In this document: piece by piece, positions 55,436 to 64,000 of the stretch
Position numbering within the stretch: position 1 is the stretch's first letter
Layout of the letters: the number at the start of each line of letters is the position of its first letter
Source: Catajapyx aquilonaris
Taxonomy: Eukaryota
Reading direction: 5' to 3'
DNA: 64,000 nt
Assembly: GCA_000934665.2 (NCBI GenBank)
Contig: KZ538077.1
Coordinates: forward strand, 62,001-126,000
The notes under the pieces: generated by a model
Databases searched by the model: none
What the model was told of the DNA's origin: nothing
Seen by the model: only the letters and a program-made list of their open reading frames with translations
Translations under genes and position numbers: made by a program

Positions 55436-55439
<4 letters not shown>

Positions 55440-55522
<83 letters not shown>
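55440..55522. repeat. (TAA)n microsatellite
   Basis: Perfect trinucleotide tandem run. Confidence 0.98.
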
Positions 55523-55524
<2 letters not shown>

Positions 55525-56701
55525 GCAGCAGGGTCTTGGACATAATTGTGGCACATGTTCCTACCAGGCAGTCACTCTGCCTCCCAACTCTCACACCTTG
55601 CATTCCACACAACTACATTAGTTTGAAGCAGCTGGCAGCTATAACACTGTTTCGTCCGAATAAACTTTTCAGACCAGCATGAAACTGGACATCATTTCAA
55701 CTAACCTTTTGGCACTACTAAACAATCATATGGAACGAAACCCGGCAAGAAAACAGTTGTTGACCCATGTGGAGCCCCGCTTAGGCCACTACGCTTCACT
55801 GAGCTGGAAGCAAAATAAACTACTGTACAGTCGAGTAAACATTATTTCCATGCAAGTCGGGCACCACATACCCCAGAATACTCTGGCTGATGACTGACTA
55901 CTCCCCCAACGCATACCGACCGGACCAGCTCCCCCACCAACACGTGGTAAGAAAGAAGAGTGGCTGCTTCATAATAAAGGGTGGATGCTGGAAGAAAACT
56001 ACCTGATGCGAAGCACTTTGATTGCGAGCCTCTCGACTGATCCTCTTATTGCGAATGGCCTAGCAAGGATTTGCCTGCTCTCAATAAGACTTATCAGATT
56101 GCCAACCGAGCAGCCCGGGGGAACGTTCCGCCTTTTGCTTCCCTTTTCTCCCGCACCCAGCCCCTTTCCTCTCCTAAGAATTTATTAAAAATAGAATCTG
56201 TTTCCTTGGCGACCGGATAACTCCGTTAAGGCAACTTACGTTTTATATCCTAACCGCAGTTCTTCCCGTTCTGAGTACAAATGATATTATTTTGGCGGGA
56301 AGGGCAGGGAGAGAGATTATCAAAGAAAGGGGTTTGCAACCTACCACGTCTCATCAACAAGACGGATTTTAATTGCCCTTTTGTACTCTCAAATGGAACC
56401 AGATTATTCATTTTATCCCTTCTTTTTATCTTGCTAGGAAAGGGATCCTTGATGAAAACCAGGCTTGTAAGTGGACATTACTCCTCCCTTTAGAGAGCGA
56501 AAAGTTAATAACGTGCTGAGTTTCAAGATTTCCCTCTGACTGCTTTTTCACTTCGGCTAATTGCACATCAGTGTACCTACTTGATGAGTCACAATTTGTC
56601 TTTCGTCTTACCAATGCACCGGATTTCCCATTTCAAAGGGAGAGGAAGAAAACTTGCCCCGTCGCGACTCGTCGATACACTCCCAACATTTCAAGCACGC
56701 C

Positions 56702-56794
56702 ATATTTTCCCCATTTCCCCCCCTAAAGGAGCGCTGCTCCGGAATGGGGTAAAATATAAATAAATAAATAAATAAATAAAATATTTTCCCCATT
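56702..56794 (+). mobile_element. Possible short 5'-truncated retro-insertion with (TAAA)n tail and 14-bp direct repeats
   Basis: ATATTTTCCCCATT at 56702-56715 and 56781-56794 flanks 65 bp that end in (TAAA)n. Confidence 0.45.
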
Positions 56795-59700
56795 CGGTAC
56801 AACAGATTATACCATACGTGATCAAAGCTAAGTTATAAATATTTAAAATGTTACAAGCTTGTAACATTACAAAATATCGTGGGCATATACGAGAAATCCA
56901 TTGTCTCATAGAGAGAGNGGGGGGGGGGGGGGACCAGTTTCGAGATAATCCAAAGCATTTGTTTATACATTCTAGTCTAGTGAATAAGGAAAATTCTGAC
57001 TTGCTGGCTCCTTACGATTTTTTTTAGGACTAAATGAACTTGACCAGGCGACAGAGCAGAAAATATGACACTTAGCGGTGTAGATAACTCAAAACCGACA
57101 AAATTGGACTTAAGTTAGTGGATTTCTCATGAATACCCACCAAACGCATAGACTGTCACAAAATATTCCTATGTGCCACTGTTACATATTTTGCATAACA
57201 CATCAGACCCTGATGAAGCAATCCTGTACCGTTCTCCTGTCGAGTTCATAACGTGTGCTCGAAAAAATATTCCCCAACACATTCGATTCTCATCTGAACA
57301 TATACGACTCACACTACGCTCTGCAGCTCCACTGCGCATCTGCAGTCCTTTTAGCCAAAATTTGCCCGTGCGGGTCGACAAAATTAACACTAATTTACTT
57401 CCCCCCGTTTATTTTTTATTTACTTCTCTCTCTTTCCACTTGAGCTTTTTTTAAAACCTTCCCCTCTAGGCTAGTGCGGATGTAATCTAATAGGACTACA
57501 TGAAGTATCCGGAGCGTATAACCGTGGCCGAGCCGTTAATCCTCTCCAAGATAACACTAATTCCAATGACGGTGTGATGATGATAAAAAATATCAATAAC
57601 CGGACTAAGTTGAACCCGTAGACTTTTATGGTCGCGGGGGCCCCATTTGTTGCCTTACCCCGCAGAAATTTTCCCTTTATCAATGCCGCCCAGTCGGCCC
57701 AGGGGTAGGGAGGAACCCCCTTCAGCCTCCCACCTCGACTTATCCCTCTCCCCCATATTATTGTGAGCTCAATCTCGGCTCAATCCCTATTTCGCACTTC
57801 TTTTCTGGCATACACTTCTCCAATCTCCCAGGTTACGGGTCAGGCTTGGAAATGTTGGAAAGGATCAGAGTGCATGCCCCTCAATTAGCTCACGGGGTAA
57901 TATTAAGGAAGAATAGGCACAACTGATATATAGGCTACCTCAAAACATTTGAAACACCAATCAATAGATTGTAAACGTATCTTATAGGTAGCTACTAGCA
58001 GATGGGACCTGCATTGACAAACTTTGCTTCTGGCGCTACTCACAGCCCAATTAGAATGATTTGCTAAACACTCCAGTTACAGTTCTCGTTCTCCGCAAAA
58101 TATTGATCTAGGGGCACAAAATTCAGCATCAATCAAAACTGCCTGTTTCATCGCAATCTGCAGAAACCTTTCCATCGTCAAGGCTCTTGGTCCTCGAAAA
58201 TTCCGACTGGGAGGAATGATAATAAAAAAGATGGACAAAAAAAACATCCGACTGAAATAACAAATCCGTCATTTAAGAAAGTCGAGTTGAAAGCTGAAAA
58301 TCGGGGCACGTGCACACAAAGAAGTCCAATTTAGAAATTACAAGAACTTCAATTATGACGTCAAGATTCTTCATCTTGCCTTTTCTGCCCGACTTCAGTT
58401 AATGCATATTATTCTGGAGAAATGCACAGTTAAGACGGTACGTAACAGAACGTGAAATTTATTACGCACACTACCATCGATTCAGATTGTCATTGCACAA
58501 ACTCGATGACCTGCCTAGGCTCAACGTCTATTACCGCCAGGAAATTCCCATAATATAATCCGCTTCTGCAATTTCAACTTTGTTGCTTTCCCCGGGATGG
58601 AAATATCTTTATTGAAATCAGCAGAGAGTGGCGGCGAAAATATTTACAAAGCAAAGCAGGGGAAAGGAATAAAAAGAGTAAATATATCTATGTATATTTA
58701 AGGATAAAAGGGGCGGTGGGAGCTACCGCGCAAAGGGAGGGAAAAAACCCAGGTTTAGCCATCAAGCTGCTTTTGTAAAAGGGAAGCTCTTGGTAAAATT
58801 AAACCACTCTCACATATTGCACGTATGCTACGCGAGTCCTTCCTAAAAATTCGGCATGGCTAAGGTTGCTACGAATTTCCCCTAAAATTTTGTTTCTTCT
58901 CCACAACTAGTTTTGAAGCATTGCTCTCTGCAGCCAGAAAAATATATACAGTATATATTCCAGAGTGGACAAGAAAGGAAACGACTTTAGCGAGATATTA
59001 AGTAACAATGACATTCCCGGGCTCTTTTCTCTTTTCCCTTGATACGCTTCCTCGGCAAAGAACAATAAAAGCGACTCCCCGGAGAGAAAAATATCCGCCG
59101 CCATTTCATATAGAGAAGAAGGTGACACAGAAAAATGGCCCGGAGAGAGGTCCCTTATGTCCGCCCCATAAAATAATGCGCAACGGATGACGCACGGGTT
59201 ACAAAATTGTTGGGAGCTGTCCTGCTCCGAGTGAGAAATGCGAACTGTTGTAACCTTGCTACACTTTATCACGTCCACCACCCTCCCACTCATTCCTATC
59301 CTTGTCCTTTGGCAACTTTATACCGGCCAAAAACAACTTTACTTGTCCAACTCTCAACCGGACACAATCTACACCAATTAAACCCTTTGATTAGTGACGT
59401 CCAATAGAAAAAGTCCTTGCTGACACCACTGTGTTGGGAGGGACTTGACGCCATTATCCACTTCTGCAAGTGGGCATTTTGTTGTACGCAACTTTTCTAA
59501 TTTGTTTTCCTGCCTGCGCTATACTAGTTCCACTCCAACTATGCGGCGCCAGAAACTATTGGGAACCTGTCTGACAAATCATTTTTGCGCACATTTAAAC
59601 AGTTGGTAATCGCAACTGAAAATGAAATTCAACAGACCCTGCATCACCCAGGACTTATAGCAATGCACATATGCAGAAATAACTTACCTTATTTGGAAGT

Positions 59701-60369
59701 TAATTCAATCAATACACGTCGCAATACAGGGTGATCAACTTACATTAAGATAAGATGGTGGGATGGATCTGCTTTTGAAAGCTGGACGCGACATATTTTT
59801 CTTTTTTTCTGGCCGTCACAATGTTAACTTACACAGCGTACTGGGCCCAATTTCATATAGAGTAACCAGCCTGCGTGAAAAACAGGATTGAAGTTGGCTT
59901 GAGCAGGCGAGGCCAACGTGCAATAGAGTACTACTGCTTCCCTCTTTGACTGAAAATGGCAGGAAGTCCCTTTTAGCCCCTGTATATTATGCTCCCCTGC
60001 GGACCAGAGAGGCGCATGGGTTTCAGGACCAGCCTATTCAAGGACACCGTTCCAGTCCCCGGCACAAAAAGTGTTAGAGGGAAGGGGGCATGTCCCACGA
60101 GTGCCCTTCCCAAATCTGCCCGACTTCATTCCCCATTCCGTCAGGGCGGCCTTTTGATGCCAGCACCTGCACCCACAATGAAAGCCTGCAGACGGGGGCG
60201 AGGTGGAAGAGGAAGAGGACAAAAAAAGTCCTAAGTAAACCCCTCTCGCACCTGCAAAACTGCATTCAGATCTTATCTAAATGGTCAACTCTCCTGAAAG
60301 CTTTTCCGTCTCTGTATAGTAAAATGAGTTCCAACTCCTCTCGTAGTGTCACTTCTGCTGCCTACTCAC

Positions 60370-60402
60370 CTCCCGGGGAAGAATAACCGCGGACAATGAT
60401 TC
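60370..60402 (-). CDS. Putative 33-nt symmetric (phase 1-1) microexon, (G)IIVRGYSSPG
   Basis: Acceptor gatatgtgctttcag| and donor GAG|gtgagt. Length is a multiple of 3 and it is open in the frame set by exon 61160-61063. Confidence 0.6.
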
Positions 60403-61062
60403 CTGAAAGCACATATCAACGTACCAAGGCACACTTGGCCTCCAGGGCAAATATCACATACAGTATGTATTAATATGGTCTGGAGCTTGATGATCGTTCT
60501 GTGGCAAAGGACTCTAAGAGGTTCCTTTGCAACAAGTCAATTGAAACACTTACACACACAAAAAGAGAGAAAGAGGTAGCCGCACCGGGGTAATTGGATT
60601 CTCCTCCCCTTTCATTCCCCTGTCGTTTCACCAATTACCTCAACAAATGCTAACGCAGTCGCGGTAGGCAAAAATGCCCCTAATGCCTGGCTTAAGGCCT
60701 TGACGAATTACAAGTAGATAACGGGAATATCGATCAGGAGCTCGTCACTATAATATACGTGGCGAGGGGTATAATTTCAACTTGGCACAGTTACTCTCCA
60801 AGTGTGACAACGCCCTGCCAACTTATGGCCATGTGAACGGCTGGGATGAATAATTGCTATATCCAACGGAGACTATGCATTCGGTGAATTTTAAGTTCCC
60901 GCTTATAAGGTGTCAAATAGCTCACTGATTGTGACTGAACACTGTAAATATTCCAGTCATAATTATTAGAGGTGAAGAGTTGTTCCACTTATCATCAAGT
61001 ACAGTATTCAGTAACTATTCGTGACACAGCGATATAAAAAGGCATCAACAGTCAACACTTAC

Positions 61063-61156
61063 CAGGTAGATCAGCAAAAAAAATCTCCTCTAGAGCTAAC
61101 TTCTCTTCCTCAGGTGTAATTCCGGGTGCCCCAAAACAGTCATCCTCCGGCCACAT
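61063..61156 (-). CDS. Putative first coding exon (exon 61160-61063): MWPEDDCFGAPGITPEEEKLALEEIFFADLP, an acidic N-terminus
   Basis: Acceptor atgttcgtactttcag|, ATG 4 nt into the exon, 31 open codons plus 1 nt, and donor CTG|gtaagt. The other two frames contain stops. Confidence 0.62.
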
Positions 61157-61211
61157 AACCCTGAAAGTACGAACATGCCATAATTATGCAACGCTGTATT
61201 GCTGTACTGTA

Positions 61212-61372
61212 CAGTAAGTTAAAGGATTGCCTTTCCACATGAGGCGAGATTATTAGCCTCCAACAGAGGTGCTAGTTAGGAGAGTGCAAGTCATTGCATC
61301 AGGGGGAGGCAGCACCTCTGTTGGAGGCTAATAATCCCGCCTCATGTGGAAAGGAAATCCTTTAACCGACTG
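61212..61372. mobile_element. 161-bp hairpin MITE, Tc1/mariner type (TA|CAGT...ACTG|TA)
   Basis: Arms 61208-61273 and 61311-61376 match 62/66 around a 37-nt spacer, with TA on both sides. Confidence 0.88.
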
Positions 61373-62310
61373 TACACAGGAAGAATATTGCGTCGTCTTG
61401 ACGGGAGGCAACAACCCGGATTATTGACTGCACGTCAGCCTGTCCTGTCGAGTCAAGCAGTAATACCAGCAGTCTATAGTCGAAAGGGGTCAAGCAGCGT
61501 CAGTCCCAATCAAAGTGACATGGAGGCATGCAACTCCTCGGTCCCGAAGAGCGGCCGATCAACGAGTCGGCGAATTAGCATCCCGCCCCGCCCTTGTTTT
61601 ACAACATTGGGAGGCACGAAGGTGCTTCTTATTTTCCAGTGCCTCCAAGGGCTGTTTTCATGCCCGGTGGCCCGGCACAAGTGGAGCGGCGTTATTTCCC
61701 CGTCACGTTGACCTGTGCATCGCTTCCTCTCATCTTGGGGCGTGAGCTTTGTTGCCAGACACAGGGAGCAGGGGAGGGGGGTGCCCTTCAGTTGGATCAC
61801 AAAGGGCCAGCCACCATTTGTAATGCTCTTGTTGCCATAAAAGGCCTTTCAACACAGCTGTACCACCAAAGTATGACAGGAGAATGCCGCGCTCCCGCAA
61901 AGCGAGTTCACATCAACAATGCAGTTTTAATTCCAGCCCTGCCAGAATCACTAGATCAAAACCAGGGCCCTAGTAAGACTCTTGGCGTATGTGCACTCAT
62001 GATCGTGGCCTATAACCTACTCGATCCCTGCACCCGTGCAAATATTCACTGGGAAGACCAGAAGAGTGTGCCCAAAAGTTTGGGCATATGAACCAAGGTG
62101 GCGACGTCAAGATGCATCTGCAGGTTCAAAAGGGTGCCGGTAAACAAGCCCATAAAAAAGTCCGGAAATATGTCACGTCACAAAGGACCGGCGTCCATTC
62201 CCTCGTATCCGTTATTCATCACATTTTTTTCCCTCCAGGCCCTGACATGGTCACCTTATACCTTTCCACAAGAGTACCCTTTTCGCCCGGCATCAAATGA
62301 TCCTCCTTAC

Positions 62311-62548
62311 CCGTGAGGCGCAGCAGTCCTTTTCCACACAAAAAAAATGCGCCATCATTGAAAGACAGTGAAAGCAATGATGTGGTAGGTATTAGGGGCG
62401 TTAGGTATTTCATTTCACTGGTTGGAACTCGGGAGGAACTTCTCCAGAGCTCTGGAAGGGTGAGGGTGAGGGAATAGAGAGGGGGTGAGAGAGGGAGAGA
62501 AATCGCCAATATCGGAAAACATTTCGATCCGCCGCCGCTGTACACACT
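62311..62548 (-). other. Putative 5'UTR first exon of the minus-strand gene
   Basis: Starts at an Inr-like TCAGT, has a CT-rich body, and ends at donor CGG|gtaagg. When spliced to 61160 it places an in-frame TGA upstream of the ATG at 61156. Confidence 0.4.
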
Positions 62549-62581
62549 GACGGAAAGCTGCGCTCATTAGGATTAATTAAA
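62546..62581 (-). promoter_or_regulatory. Candidate distal core promoter
   Basis: TTTAATTAA at -33 to -25 relative to the A (62548) of TCAGT. Confidence 0.35.
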
Positions 62582-63425
62582 GGCGGTGTTCTGCGAGTAA
62601 TTATCGGCCTACGAGTTCGGTAGCAGCGTTGTTATACATCAGCTCCCCACGTGTCAAAATGCCGCAACGGCTTCAAAGATACCGCCGACGCCAGCCAAAG
62701 ACTTGTTTAGCCAGATAACCCAGCCCTATACCTATCATAGTGTACTTCAATCTGCGGTTCTCCAGGCTCTAGGCATCATCACAAACCACACTTCAGGTAA
62801 ATGTGGCAATTCCTCCATCGCCATCATTCGTTACCAACTAAGCAAACGATCATGGCTGATAGCCCATTAAAAAATTCCTCCCTGTTCCCAAAAAGTGTAT
62901 ACTGTATATTGTCGCATTGGGCCAGCATATATGACTGGAGAGGGGGTGGAACGAGGATTCCTTTCGGCAGAGGGAGCAAATGGCGGGCTCAACCCAAACT
63001 TTACATGTACACGTCATTAGGCCGGGAACTAATTGCCAAAGCCAACCTGCTTACTCAACGTCCTCCCCACTCCGGTCCCACCCGCCTCCCCCCACGCTTG
63101 CCAGTCAAACTTTGAATTTCCTGCAAAGCCGACAGAATCGGGCAGGCAGTGCTTAATTGCGTAGATTCGGAGATGCGCAGTGTGACAAGCCTACAAGTTG
63201 GGACAGTTCGCTCGCAAATTCAACTGGTTGCACTCTAAAGGAGCCGAATTCTCCCGCTCACCATCAAGGAAAGGGCTGGCTGCCGTTCGGGGAAAGGTCA
63301 TGTGCACGGTACAGCATGTGGGGCAGTCGCAGAGACCAGAATCAGGTTTATCCTGAAGGGCAGGCCACCCGCACCACGCAGGTTCTGGTCCCGTGCCCTC
63401 ATTGTGCTGGCGACTGTACAGTGTA

Positions 63426-63587
63426 CAATGCTGGCCATATATCGAGGCAACCCCCAGCGACATTTTTCCGAAGCGGCAGAAGAAGGAATCGAAGATAAGC
63501 ATGCTACAAGCCGGGCGAGCAAGATTCCTTCTTCTGCCGCTTCGGAAAAATGTCGCTGGCGGTTGCCTCGATATATGGCCAGCACTG
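63426..63587. mobile_element. 162-bp hairpin MITE with Tc1-like termini (TA|CAGTGCTGGCCA)
   Basis: Arms 63423-63490 and 63523-63590 match 66/68 around a 32-nt spacer, with TA on both sides. The right terminus read inward is CAGTGCTGGCCA, which as I recall matches the start of the C. elegans Tc1 TIR. Confidence 0.92.
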
Positions 63588-64000
63588 TACTACGTCGTCA
63601 CTTCTGTCATCTGACCAATGCCGAACTAGCATTGTGCAAAGTGTCAGTCGACCCACCTGATCAGGTTGTCAGGCCGACAAATGGGGTCTGGAGGCCACTA
63701 TTTGCAGTGTCAGTCGTCAAGTACAGAATTTCCACCAATCGCCACTTTGCGTCAAATCTGTCATTGCATCCAATATGTCAGAGTAGTGGAAATTAATCGT
63801 GTCCAATTTGTGTCCTATTAGAGGTTTGCGAATGGTCTGTCTGTGCAATGAAGGACGCTTCTTATATCATGAGGGCCTGGGTGACGTACTAGAATTCCAG
63901 TATTTCAATATACCGTAGCTTTGAGAACTTCTGTGGCACATGCGACTTGTCCCAACACTGCACGAACAAAAGAAAGCGCCATTGCCTCCTTTGCCTTTGT

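Noticed and set aside
57186..57272. CTGATGA...CGAAA hammerhead-like core
   Set aside because: The stem II closing pair is mismatched, there is no valid NUH site or stem I, and CTGATG is sequestered by the adjacent CATCAG
61033..61113. Plus-strand TATA and CTAAC-polypyrimidine-CAG acceptor
   Set aside because: Better explained as the reverse complement of the Glu/Lys-rich minus-strand coding exon; the implied intron is only 48 nt
63298..63796. Overlapping sense and antisense ORFs sharing the peptide LAIYRGN..RHFSEAAEEGI
   Set aside because: Artefact of the MITE inverted repeat

Overview
Eukaryotic, almost certainly invertebrate animal, genomic DNA. It has (TAA)n/(ATT)n microsatellites, poly-G/C runs next to N gaps, no obvious CpG depletion, and no long ORF or operon-like structure. 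The supplied ORFs look like chance ORFs. The window appears to be mostly the large 5' introns of one minus-strand spliced gene. By eye I can chain small exons with consistent phase-1 junctions: 61160-61063, 60402-60370, 7374-7345 and 33-<1. They give MWPEDDCFGAPGITPEEEKLALEEIFFADLP-GIIVRGYSSPG-GGCDEESQPS-VALEVVKVPQV... Several candidate alternative ATG-bearing exons (20103-20073, 3504-3423, 1167-1125) join the same frame. The gene continues beyond the left edge and I cannot name it. Clear mobile DNA includes two tail-to-tail copies of a tRNA-headed SINE with (ATT)n tails and their own TSDs, two ~161-bp Tc1/mariner-type hairpin MITEs bracketing the predicted distal promoter, an older degenerate palindrome, a lone tRNA-like cloverleaf and many TAC(A/T)GTA footprint-like heptamers. 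A possible spliced antisense transcript on the plus strand is a weaker hypothesis. I found no CRISPR array, rRNA, transposase or new enzymatic system.
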